DNA from: a virus
Lineage: Duplodnaviria; Caudoviricetes
DNA: 62,851 nucleotides
IMG/VR virus record: IMGVR_UViG_3300017914_000417
Coordinates: 1 to 62,851 of that record
Direction: 5' to 3' (one strand)
The translations under genes were made by a program, and so were the position numbers. The notes below the pieces were generated by a model. That model worked only from the letters and a program-made list of their open reading frames with translations. It was not told where the DNA came from and did no database searches. Of this stretch, positions 8,689-18,350 are shown piece after piece; position 1 is the first letter of the stretch; each line of letters starts with the position of its first letter.

Positions 8689-10323
8689 CTATCGTATTAC
8701 TTTAAACTGTCTTGAACCACTAGCAGTCCTAGTATTTATCTGCCCCGCAGCGGCCTGTTGATCTTGCATTAGCTGGTTTAACAACTTAGTAGCATCTGCG
8801 GTAGCCGCATTGATATCTGTTTTTAGTTGCTGTCTAATTTCTAGCTTCGCTTTCGCTTTAGCCGTGTCGTCCAGCTTCATATCGGCATCTATCTCTGCAA
8901 TAGCGACGTTTGCGGCATCTCTCAATGCTGTCTCCGCAGAGGTTATCTTTGCCGATACATTTGACATAGCGGTAGTAAGATACTGATACATGTTGCCTTG
9001 TGCAGTCAGACTGTTGCGCTCTTTTTCAACTTGAGTACGTAAGAGAGACAGTTCGGTAGCAATGTTTGTAACAAGAGTTTTGTTCGCATTAGAAGCTGCA
9101 TCTCTAGCTGACTGTACTGCTTCTTTGCGCCGCGCCAAGTCGGTGTTCTGATTAGCTATTTTAGCGTTGAGGACCATTTCTGCTTCTGAGGTCAGCTTGT
9201 CGTCATACCCTGTAGCCATAGTTGCTGCTGACTGTATGCCTGCCCGTCTGTCGGCAGAGGCATCGCTATAAGCTGTACCTGCTCGTCCAGCGGCTTCTCT
9301 TCTGATATCTTGTGATCTGTTTAGCTCATCCATAAACGCATCTTCGCGCTCGTTAAACAGTTTGGTTCTAGCACGCTCTTGTGTGCGTTGTGCGTTCATA
9401 GCACCTGCTGCGCCACCTGCACCTGTAAGGCCAAGAGTAGATTTACCTGCCATACCGATAAGTGTAGCCATACGGCGGTCTTTTGCTAGCTTGTCTGGAT
9501 CCAAAAGCGCTTTTTCTATACCTTGACGTTCGCTTTGTAAGTTCGCTACTTGTAGTTCCTCACCCAATGTACGTGCGCCCTTGTCCATTTGTCTGTCGTA
9601 CATGTCATCAAACGCTTGGTTTGGATCTGTGCCCGCTAATGTTGTTATGCCCGCCGCAGCAGTTTCGGTATAGGGGTTTGAAGAATAATCTACTTTTAAT
9701 GATTCTGGGTCTATATTGTCAGGAAAGGCAGGTACACTTGACATATCAGGCATGACCAGATCATCTTTGTCTAGCATCAGACGGTTTTCAGCAGGGGTGG
9801 GGGCATCTTTAGTTTGCGTAGCTTCTTGGCTTAATTTTTGTAGCAAAGCCACTTTCTCATCTTCAGGTATATCCATAGCGTTGATTAAATCAACACGATC
9901 TTGGTAACTCATAGCCTCATCAAAATCGTTAAAGTCCACGGCACCACCAGGAGCAAAACCCACAATACCACCTTCAGCCATACGCATAGTAGGAGCCCGC
10001 CCAGCGACACCAGACTGCGCGATACGTTGTAGGTTAGCTTGTTGTTGCGCTTGCTTTTGCTGTAGTGCGCCCATAACGCCCTTTGCTATATCTTGTTTGC
10101 TAGCCTGCACCATCTCAGCTTCGCGCTGCTGTTTAATAGTCTGTGGGCTGTTCTGCATCTGCATCTGCATACTGCGAGCAACTTCGTCTTTCTCAGACTT
10201 AAGTTTTTGCAGGGCTAACAGGTCAAGAAGTTCTTGGCTAGCTTGATATCTTTGCGCTAGTTTCTGCTCGTTACCACGAAACGCATCCATGCGACTTTTA
10301 ATTTGATCATCCACACCTTGCAT
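8689..10323 (-). CDS. Internal virion/ejection protein
   Basis: 544 aa Ala/Gln-rich coiled coil in ejection cluster; MAEGG and FAPGG motifs. Confidence 0.65.
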   Translation of the reverse strand: MQGVDDQIKSRMDAFRGNEQKLAQRYQASQELLDLLALQKLKSEKDEVARSMQMQMQNSPQTIKQQREAEMVQASKQDIAKGVMGALQQKQAQQQANLQRIAQSGVAGRAPTMRMAEGGIVGFAPGGAVDFNDFDEAMSYQDRVDLINAMDIPEDEKVALLQKLSQEATQTKDAPTPAENRLMLDKDDLVMPDMSSVPAFPDNIDPESLKVDYSSNPYTETAAAGITTLAGTDPNQAFDDMYDRQMDKGARTLGEELQVANLQSERQGIEKALLDPDKLAKDRRMATLIGMAGKSTLGLTGAGGAAGAMNAQRTQERARTKLFNEREDAFMDELNRSQDIRREAAGRAGTAYSDASADRRAGIQSAATMATGYDDKLTSEAEMVLNAKIANQNTDLARRKEAVQSARDAASNANKTLVTNIATELSLLRTQVEKERNSLTAQGNMYQYLTTAMSNVSAKITSAETALRDAANVAIAEIDADMKLDDTAKAKAKLEIRQQLKTDINAATADATKLLNQLMQDQQAAAGQINTRTASGSRQFKVIR

Positions 10324-10334
10324 TGATACGCTCC

Positions 10335-11303
10335 TTAGTCAAACAGCCCTGCAACAAAGTCTTTACCTTTGCCAAACAAATCGCCAACGTAGTTTTTCTC
10401 CGCCCCGCTAGCATCTGTGTAATTAAATATGTCGTATAATCCTTCCATACCTGCGGCTGTGCCCGCTGCTTCAGACAGCGCGGTAGGTTGCTGATACGAA
10501 TAGTTCTGCGCAGCAAGTGGTAATCCTTGTAGGAGCGACTGCATATACTGCACTTGTTTATATGGAAAATCTCGCTCTTCTCTAAATTGATTGTAATCTG
10601 CCGCCATGCCTTCGCTTTCTATACCACGCTGTACAGAGCCGAGATTAGCCATAGCCTGAAGTGCGGCTAGTCCTTGATCCATACCTTGTTGGCTAGCTGC
10701 CTGCTGCCTTGCTTGTTCTGCGTTGAACTGCTGCTGCGCCTGATTATACGCGTCTGCGTAACCCCGCCCTGTGATATTGGCAAGGTTTGTCATAAGGTTA
10801 CGATCCCCTTCTGACTCCATAATAGCCTGACGAGAACCACCAAATGCACCTGCTCTAGTTAGTCTACCCGCGTTTTCTACTCGTTGTATTTCTGCTTGTC
10901 TACGAGCCTCATCTATTTGCGGTTGCAGAGCAGCCATTAAGTACGGGTTCATGTACTGTTCAGCAACGCCATCAGCGGTAAAAGACTGTGGAGTGTAGGC
11001 CTGCATTGTGTCTTCAGTTGGCATATAGGCAGAAGCTAGCCCAGACGCAGCGTTAAACGCCTGCTGCTGTAAATCAGAAGCCCCTGCTGTAAGAGGGCCT
11101 GTATAAGCCTGATACCCTTCGTTAGCAAGTGCCTGACCTCTGCCAAGCATGTCAGTAACATAAGGGCCAACCCAGTTAGATAGAGACGATTCGGTACCAG
11201 TCTTTTTGCCGATTAGCGGATCAGTAACGGTCTGCTGTGTGGTCGAGGATGTACCCTGCCCCTCTGTGCTTCCTGCTGATGTACTAGTATCTACTGTTGC
11301 CAT
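10335..11303 (-). CDS. DNA-transfer/pilot-type ejection protein
   Basis: YMNPY...AGAFGGSRQ motif and Q/A/G-rich composition typical of podovirus ejection proteins. Confidence 0.65.
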   Translation of the reverse strand: MATVDTSTSAGSTEGQGTSSTTQQTVTDPLIGKKTGTESSLSNWVGPYVTDMLGRGQALANEGYQAYTGPLTAGASDLQQQAFNAASGLASAYMPTEDTMQAYTPQSFTADGVAEQYMNPYLMAALQPQIDEARRQAEIQRVENAGRLTRAGAFGGSRQAIMESEGDRNLMTNLANITGRGYADAYNQAQQQFNAEQARQQAASQQGMDQGLAALQAMANLGSVQRGIESEGMAADYNQFREERDFPYKQVQYMQSLLQGLPLAAQNYSYQQPTALSEAAGTAAGMEGLYDIFNYTDASGAEKNYVGDLFGKGKDFVAGLFD

Positions 11304-11310
11304 ATCTACC

Positions 11311-12963
11311 TCACACAGGCATTACAGAATTAGGTTTAATCTGCTTGCCTTGTTTTGTTGTGCCTGTTCTTGCCTTACGCACCCTATCCATCATGTCATA
11401 GAGCTGTTTTGCGCCCGCGTTAGAGTTGCCATTACCTAGCCCGCTAACAACGTCAGCTGCTACTACAAATTCGCCTCCAGACAGCGCCGCAGGGTCTCTA
11501 TTGTCGATGCTGCTTGGGATTGTGTCTGCCATACCATCAGCAGAGCTATTTAGATACCGTGATGCTGCCCCTGCGATACCCCCCATATTCATAGCCTGTA
11601 CAGGCGGTTGGTTCAGTGGGTTAGCTTCGTTCATCTGCCGTAATGCTGTAGCATCTGCTTGTGATGCTTGGCGTGCTCCTGCTATGCCTGAAGGTGCGGT
11701 GTACCGCATGTCGGTAAAGTAACGTCTACCACCTGCTCCAGGCCGACGCCCAGTAGAGTAATCCACAGGAACTTGTTGGCGAGTAGCGGCATATGTAGGT
11801 ATAGTACCTTGATACCCAACTTTATCAGCGCCACTGCTATCTAGTTTATCATACAAGTCAAGCCCAAGAGCTGAGCCAATAGCTGCACCGCCACTTAATA
11901 TCGCGCCAAAATTAAGTTCCCCGTCTCCATCGAGAAAATCAACGGCAGCAAGCCCTAGCATAGGTAACGCAGCCTCACCGAGATCGCCCAAGTTTATATC
12001 AGATTTTTCTTCATTAGGGGTCGTGGCGCTGGTGCCAGACTGCGTATTCTGTTGGTTTTCTGCGGCTACGTTTGACCCTGCATTTGGATCAAATACCACA
12101 CCTGTATTACGTGGATCGGCGCCTACACCTACTGGAGCTGGCTGCTCTGCTGGTATTGATGTTGTCACCGCTTCAGCTGCTGGCTCTGGTGTTGGTTCTG
12201 GTGTTGGTTCTGGTGTTGGTTCTGGTGTTGGCTGCGCTTGCGTTGAAGCTGGCTCTGGTGTTGGTTGTGCTCGCGTAATTTCTGATACTAGCTGATCAGT
12301 AGTGGACTGTTGCGCTGTGTTTGAAGTAGCATCGCTAGCTTCTAACGCTGATATCATTTGCTCTCGGGTAAGGCTGTTCACATAGTCTTGTGACATCCCT
12401 CTAGCCATACCCATATCTCGTAGATCCTGCCCACTATACACTAAATTATAATCTGTAGTGCCCGCTGGTTGTTGCAAAGTAGGGTTATTCGTGTACACAG
12501 GCGACCCATCTGCGGTCTCGATACCTGATTTAGGTGTAGTTACTGGGGTAAATTGAGACTGTGGAGGGTTCGGTGCGATATAATTAGTATTAGGGTCAAA
12601 ACCTACGCGCTGTGCATACGCTTTATACGCTTGATCTTGCGCCCTGATGCCCGAGTTACTAGCCATGCCGAAGTACGGAGAGTAAGTAAACGCTTGCAGT
12701 GTAGGCATACCTCGTTGGATGCCTTTATACTCAGGAGAATCGTAGAACGCAGGGTCAATAGTATATTGTGGGTCGGTAATACCCCCTGCATTAAAATTTC
12801 TAATGCCGTTATATTGGTTGTTTATCATAGTATCATACACCAGCTTTTCTCTGTCAGTAAGACTCTGCACCCCCTGAGTTGTACCTTTCTCTAAGATACT
12901 GCGTTTAACATCTGAAGATATGTTTTTGATGATATCTATAGATAATAATCCGTCATTACTCAT
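11311..12963 (-). CDS. Putative internal virion protein
   Basis: 550 aa; C-terminal DGMADTIP...ALSGGEFVVAADVVS..GNG..NAGAKQLY domain; PTPE linker. Confidence 0.6.
   Translation of the reverse strand: MSNDGLLSIDIIKNISSDVKRSILEKGTTQGVQSLTDREKLVYDTMINNQYNGIRNFNAGGITDPQYTIDPAFYDSPEYKGIQRGMPTLQAFTYSPYFGMASNSGIRAQDQAYKAYAQRVGFDPNTNYIAPNPPQSQFTPVTTPKSGIETADGSPVYTNNPTLQQPAGTTDYNLVYSGQDLRDMGMARGMSQDYVNSLTREQMISALEASDATSNTAQQSTTDQLVSEITRAQPTPEPASTQAQPTPEPTPEPTPEPTPEPAAEAVTTSIPAEQPAPVGVGADPRNTGVVFDPNAGSNVAAENQQNTQSGTSATTPNEEKSDINLGDLGEAALPMLGLAAVDFLDGDGELNFGAILSGGAAIGSALGLDLYDKLDSSGADKVGYQGTIPTYAATRQQVPVDYSTGRRPGAGGRRYFTDMRYTAPSGIAGARQASQADATALRQMNEANPLNQPPVQAMNMGGIAGAASRYLNSSADGMADTIPSSIDNRDPAALSGGEFVVAADVVSGLGNGNSNAGAKQLYDMMDRVRKARTGTTKQGKQIKPNSVMPV
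12181..12230. repeat. 12-bp tandem repeat encoding (PTPE)n linker
   Basis: About 4 copies of TCTGGTGTTGGT. Confidence 0.85.
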
Positions 12964-15900
12964 TGTTAATAATACCTAATAATCTGTCTGTGCTACTTAC
13001 TTGTCCACCCTCTGCATATGGGCTAAGAAACATACTCTCTTGGCTAGGGTTTGCAAAAATACTACTAAAATCATACAGGTAATCTATCTGCGCAGGGTCA
13101 GGTGTAACTACTTCGCCCATTCCACCGCCTAATAGACCTCTTCCCATCAAATTCTGCTTTAGTGCACCACCCGCAGCGTCTTCTTCTCTTTGTACCAGAT
13201 TTTGCACCAAATTTGTAACCAAATTTTGTGTTTGTGTGTTTTGCTGTTGTTGCTGCTGCTGTTGCGTGTCCTGTTGTTGCTGCTGCGCCGTCTCTAATTG
13301 CGTAGTAAGGTTGTTTACTTGTTGTGTTAGTAAGTTAGTAGCGGCTGTGTTTTGGTAGTTTTGTATGTCAGATGTTAAGTCCTGCCCCACATTTACAGTG
13401 CCAGTGAACCTATCAACGTCTTCTTGCAGTACATTATCCAAGCCGAGGTCACTATATATCTGACGAACTTCTTGCTCTGTGTTTACAAACGGGTCTAGGT
13501 ACTCAGTTATTTCCTGAGTCTTATCCTGTTTAAATGTATCCTCGGTGCCGTAACCTACAAACCGATTTACTTCCTCATCTGTAGGATTGTACCCGTACTG
13601 CGATAGCTGTTCCCGAACGTAATCGGCAGTGGTCTGTCTAGGAGCCACGTATTCACCAATATTAGTTCGAGCAGTATCTTCAAAAGTATTGCCAACAAAC
13701 TGATTTATTTGATCTTCTGTGGCTGTATACCCTAAATCAGTAAAGTATTGTCTAGCCTCATCTGCATCGGTAGTGGTGCGGTCTGCTACGTATTCGTTGA
13801 TCTGCTGAGTGGTGTCACCTGCACCGACAAACCTGTTAACATCTTCCTGTGTAGGAGCGTACCCAGTATTGGTAGCTTGGTACGCGTTGTAGGCCTCGTC
13901 TGTAGTGGTATATCCTGCATCGAACACGTTGTTTAGCAGGTTAGTTTGCAGCACATTATCAGTGAGGCCTAAATCTGCGAGTTGTTGCTGCGCTTGTGTC
14001 GCCCCTTCTTGGGTATTTGGAGCGGTATATACTACATTACGAACTTGCGGATTGAATATCTGCACAGCGTTTGTAACAGCGTCATTCGAGAATGTAGTAC
14101 CATATATGGTGCTAGATACGCCGAAACCGCCGATCATACCAAGCATAGCGTTAGCTGTAACGTTACCTACGCTGTCTCTGCTAGGATCTAACTGTACAAA
14201 TTGTGTTTCTAGGTACGCCTGTGGAAGTGCTTCTTCTAATCCTTCTGAGAGAGTTTCTGCACCAACAGCTGCGTACGCTTTATCGAACGTTGCGCCTTTT
14301 CTACCGTTGAATACTGCTTCATTGATACGTCCTGCTCCTACACCACCTGTGGCTAAAGAAGTAAGTGCAGAAATACCCCCAGCAGTAATTGCTTTATCTA
14401 CCGCATAGGCTTGAGCATCTGCTTCGTTCATCCCAGAGTTCAAAGCAACTTGCAGGGCTTCATCATATGCACCCATAGCAGTGCCGCCGAAAGATTCGGC
14501 AGTATCTAGCACTAGCGCAGAACTTAACGCAGCTTTTTTACCTAAGTCTGCGGCAAACTGCTCACCTGCTTCTTGGAACATACGCCGAGTAACATTACCT
14601 ACCCCGCCGCTAGCAAGGAAGATGGGTACTTCCTGAACGATCTCTTTGAATATGTATTCCCCTGCAAATACTCCAGGATTAGTAAGTGCAGCACCGCCGA
14701 TAGCTGTTACTGTATTAAACGCTCGCTCCCATGCAGAAGCATCAGGATCAATATCTTTGTTAGCGTTTGCGATTCTCTCAGATATATTTCTTTGCGCTTG
14801 TTTCCATTCTTCGGATTTCATATCTCCGCCAAGCGCCATTAGGTCGTTTGCAACTTCTGCGAGCGGAGTGGACTTAGGGTCGATACCTACAAGCAACGCT
14901 AAGGTGTTGAAGGAGTTTAACAGCTCGCCCCCAGCCTCTACGGATACCCCTGTAAGGTCAGATAGATTACGGAATGTCTCACTTTCTAAGACATTTTGTA
15001 CTTCTTCTTGCTCTAATATTCTGTTGGTTAGGTTTGTTGCAAAATCTACAACAGGAGCGCCAAATTTATCAGCTAGCTCTTGGTACGCCTCCGCCCCCAT
15101 GCTACCTATGTTAGCAACAAACGCGGCACGATCTTCCTGTGCAAGACGGTCTAGGGTAGGACGAGCTGCTTGTGCATACGTAATTACAGGTTTATTTTGA
15201 CCATCACCTTCAGTAGCAGTAACTTGGGCGTAGTAATCTTTGCCGTCTATAGTTTGTGTGTACGTTCCTTGAAACTCAGCAACTACTTGGTTGTTTAGTG
15301 GGTTAGTCTCTTTGTAGGTAAGCACACCATTTTCGATATTTTCTTGGACTAGGGTGTATATGCCTAATTCCTCGTTATATGTAGGTATTGGCACGGATAT
15401 ACGAATATCATCCCACCTCCAAAGGCCGTCGTCTCCTTGCTGGAATGTGGCTCTGCCAGATATGATGTCGGCATCGGTAATACCTTCTGCACGGGCTGTA
15501 GCAATTGATTTGTTTGGTTGCTGCTTTACAATACTCTGCACCGCAGCGTCGCGCCCCCCAAGTTCGGCTTCAATATCAGCAAAAAATTGGTCTCGTTGCT
15601 CCTGAGATACACCTTCTGGAAAAACACTACTTTGCTGGAGAATAATATCTTGCACTTCGGTTTTAGCAGCTGCTACGTCGGCGTTTCTAAGCTCGTCTAG
15701 AGACATAGCTCCAAAGTAGTCTGATATCGCACGTTGCTGATTATCGGTAAGCTCTGATACAGAAACACCCGCTTCGCCCATAGTCTGTTGTATAAGCTGG
15801 TCTTTGCTTTTTTGTATCTCAGCAACGTGTTCCTGTGCATTTACAGGTGCGTCATTTGCCCGCCCTTGTTCTAGGTAATGCTGGTAGGCGTTGTCATCCT

Positions 15901-17314
15901 CACCCAGCCCGTTAATCTGCTTATATTCTTCAGGATTAAAGTTACCTGCACCACCTGTCAGACCTTCTACAACAATCTTATTTAGCCCTTCGTTTACAGG
16001 GTCTAAAGCTAGTTGTGCTTGGTATGTTTCAGATTTTAGGTCTTCTATCTGTGTTTCGTATGTAGCGGTGTAGCCGTCAAGTTTGGTACGGCTAGCTTCA
16101 ATCTTATCCATAGTGCTGTCTAGGTAAGATTTATATGATTTATCGTAATCCGATTGGAGCCTGTCTGCGTACGCTTGGTATCTATCCCTTGCAGCCAAAG
16201 CAGCATTCTTTGTAGCTTCCGAGGGCTGTGCTTGGTTTGCGGCTAGTGCATCTTCATATTCTTGATACAACCTATCGCGCTCATCGTATCTAGGTGTAAG
16301 TTCCGCGACTTTTGCGTTGTAATCGTCAATAAGACCGTTATAGGTGTCTGTTTCGCCTTCAATAAGGTCGATAGATTCGTTTACGTCTCCGTACGAACCT
16401 GTAATTCTGTCGTACCCTCTATCAATAAGGTCTTTGCCTGTGGTGTCTAACCACTCTTCCATAGAAGCTGCGCCATACTGAGATACGGCATTGATAGCTG
16501 CTTGGCTAAGAGGTTTGCCGTTTATAGCTGCGGCTATAGTGTTATTTAGTCCTGACGTAACTGCGGCAAGTTGCCTGTCAGTCATAGACTTATCAGAGTC
16601 AAAGTATTTTTGAACAATATCGGCTGTAATTAAACCACTAACTGCGGCGTTAGTAAGCATTTCTGGAGTGGCATCTTCGTTATTAGCTACCGCGCCAATA
16701 TAGGTAGACACTACGTTTTTAGCAGATTGAGGCAGGTTTTCGTATGTCTGAACATTTGCTTCGATATAGTCGAGACCAGCACCTACTCCGCCAGTTATTG
16801 CGCCTGTAACAAATGAATCTTTTATGGCTTCTAGGTCGCCCCCAGTTATAACTGCTGTGGTAGCAGCTTGTCCTACCGCTTGGGATACAACTTCCTGTGC
16901 GGCTGCTGCTGCCGCTTCGTTAGTTATGTATTGTCCTGCGGCGTCTCCAGCATATTGACCAGCAGAAGCCCCTACTTTGCTAGCTACGTACGATTTTGCG
17001 GCGGCTCTAGCAATGTCTTCCCAGTCACCGCCATTGTTAGCTACTTTTGCCCCATCTATTAAGGGTAACGCCCAAGAGTTGCCTGTTGCTATTGCTGTTA
17101 TCTTAGCGATATTGTACAGGGGGTCGTCTTCAATAGTTTTGTATATGTCTTCGGTAGTCTCAACTATAGGGTCGAGAACTTCGTCAACAATCCAATCAGA
17201 TACATCAGAGCCAGTGTCAATTACTTCGTTGCCCCAATCAACAACAGTGTCTTTGACATCGTCAATATTTTCTTTGGTGTCGTCAATAATATCGCCTATC
17301 CAGCCGCCACACAT
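12956..17314 (-). CDS. Large internal virion/ejection protein
   Basis: 1452 aa, MCGG start, Ala/Gly-rich and coiled-coil segments, ~40-aa repeats, C-terminal YAEGG. Confidence 0.6.
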   Translation of the reverse strand: MCGGWIGDIIDDTKENIDDVKDTVVDWGNEVIDTGSDVSDWIVDEVLDPIVETTEDIYKTIEDDPLYNIAKITAIATGNSWALPLIDGAKVANNGGDWEDIARAAAKSYVASKVGASAGQYAGDAAGQYITNEAAAAAAQEVVSQAVGQAATTAVITGGDLEAIKDSFVTGAITGGVGAGLDYIEANVQTYENLPQSAKNVVSTYIGAVANNEDATPEMLTNAAVSGLITADIVQKYFDSDKSMTDRQLAAVTSGLNNTIAAAINGKPLSQAAINAVSQYGAASMEEWLDTTGKDLIDRGYDRITGSYGDVNESIDLIEGETDTYNGLIDDYNAKVAELTPRYDERDRLYQEYEDALAANQAQPSEATKNAALAARDRYQAYADRLQSDYDKSYKSYLDSTMDKIEASRTKLDGYTATYETQIEDLKSETYQAQLALDPVNEGLNKIVVEGLTGGAGNFNPEEYKQINGLGEDDNAYQHYLEQGRANDAPVNAQEHVAEIQKSKDQLIQQTMGEAGVSVSELTDNQQRAISDYFGAMSLDELRNADVAAAKTEVQDIILQQSSVFPEGVSQEQRDQFFADIEAELGGRDAAVQSIVKQQPNKSIATARAEGITDADIISGRATFQQGDDGLWRWDDIRISVPIPTYNEELGIYTLVQENIENGVLTYKETNPLNNQVVAEFQGTYTQTIDGKDYYAQVTATEGDGQNKPVITYAQAARPTLDRLAQEDRAAFVANIGSMGAEAYQELADKFGAPVVDFATNLTNRILEQEEVQNVLESETFRNLSDLTGVSVEAGGELLNSFNTLALLVGIDPKSTPLAEVANDLMALGGDMKSEEWKQAQRNISERIANANKDIDPDASAWERAFNTVTAIGGAALTNPGVFAGEYIFKEIVQEVPIFLASGGVGNVTRRMFQEAGEQFAADLGKKAALSSALVLDTAESFGGTAMGAYDEALQVALNSGMNEADAQAYAVDKAITAGGISALTSLATGGVGAGRINEAVFNGRKGATFDKAYAAVGAETLSEGLEEALPQAYLETQFVQLDPSRDSVGNVTANAMLGMIGGFGVSSTIYGTTFSNDAVTNAVQIFNPQVRNVVYTAPNTQEGATQAQQQLADLGLTDNVLQTNLLNNVFDAGYTTTDEAYNAYQATNTGYAPTQEDVNRFVGAGDTTQQINEYVADRTTTDADEARQYFTDLGYTATEDQINQFVGNTFEDTARTNIGEYVAPRQTTADYVREQLSQYGYNPTDEEVNRFVGYGTEDTFKQDKTQEITEYLDPFVNTEQEVRQIYSDLGLDNVLQEDVDRFTGTVNVGQDLTSDIQNYQNTAATNLLTQQVNNLTTQLETAQQQQQDTQQQQQQQQNTQTQNLVTNLVQNLVQREEDAAGGALKQNLMGRGLLGGGMGEVVTPDPAQIDYLYDFSSIFANPSQESMFLSPYAEGGQVSSTDRLLGIINNE

Positions 17315-17316
17315 GG

Positions 17317-17733
17317 CTATATCCTCCTGATTGTATCTTCGCCAATCTTTATGTGTATTAGCCTATCACCATTCTTACTAGGGGGCTTTATCCCTACAAA
17401 AGTGTCAGTGCCCTCAAAGTATTTCTGCAATACTTTAACTATTTGCGGTAAACTATCTCGCTCTGGTTCTGAAATTGCTGTTGCGTGGGTAATTCCTTTA
17501 CTCTGCAAGTACGCTAAAAGTTTTACTATACTGCGGAGCGCATCGCGTCCTGTATCCTGCACATAGCCTTCAATAAGCGCGGCGTTCTTTTTTCTGTAAA
17601 ACACAAAAAAGCTGTTACCTATACGCACCGAGTCAGCGCCTTGCATACCTGATTTACCTATAATCATAGGTAGCGCGGTACGGTAGTCTGTACCTTCTGG
17701 AAGGCTTCGCATTATTATTTCATGTACTTCCAT
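17317..17733 (-). CDS. Hypothetical protein
   Basis: 138 aa ORF abutting both neighbours. Confidence 0.6.
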   Translation of the reverse strand: MEVHEIIMRSLPEGTDYRTALPMIIGKSGMQGADSVRIGNSFFVFYRKKNAALIEGYVQDTGRDALRSIVKLLAYLQSKGITHATAISEPERDSLPQIVKVLQKYFEGTDTFVGIKPPSKNGDRLIHIKIGEDTIRRI

Positions 17734-18350
17734 TACGCATTACTCACAAAAGAAACTTCTATTTGCGCCCCAACGATACCTGACTTAGTAGTAAATGCGG
17801 CTACTTTAGGGCTATTACCTGTGCCATTTACGATTACAGTTATGTAATCTCCTGCTACCATAGACTCCATAACCTGAAGGTTGAAGGTTACATACTGCTG
17901 CCCGTTAATAGCGTCCATCTGGTAATACCTAGTGCTGTAATCTATATCTGTGCCATTCTTTTGTAGCCAAACATAGAAGCTACCTGTACCGCTCCCAACC
18001 GTAGTTAGTCCTTCTACCGTTATTTTATACACACCATCTGCACTTACAGTTATACGCTGGTTACTGTTTTCTGCGGTTATACCTGCGCTAGCAAATCTAT
18101 CTTGAGCAAAACTTACCGCGGTGTCCGTATTAGGAGTAAGATTCAATGTCGTAGAGGAATAGAACGAACCATGCGGCTGGTAGATAAACTTACCGCCCTG
18201 GTCGGATGACAATACAGCACCGATAGCTGTGGTTATCTGTCCGAAAAACAAACGAAGCACATTATGCAGCTGGTCAGAAAACCGTCTGTTGTACTGCTCT
18301 TCTGGTAGAGGCAGAGCTGGCTGTGTAGGTTTGTTTATCTCGTTAGCCAT
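17733..18350 (-). CDS. Tail protein with C1q/TNF-like beta domain
   Basis: Helical N-terminus; DGVYKITV, VWLQKNGTDI, AGDYITV beta motifs. Confidence 0.55.
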   Translation of the reverse strand: MANEINKPTQPALPLPEEQYNRRFSDQLHNVLRLFFGQITTAIGAVLSSDQGGKFIYQPHGSFYSSTTLNLTPNTDTAVSFAQDRFASAGITAENSNQRITVSADGVYKITVEGLTTVGSGTGSFYVWLQKNGTDIDYSTRYYQMDAINGQQYVTFNLQVMESMVAGDYITVIVNGTGNSPKVAAFTTKSGIVGAQIEVSFVSNA

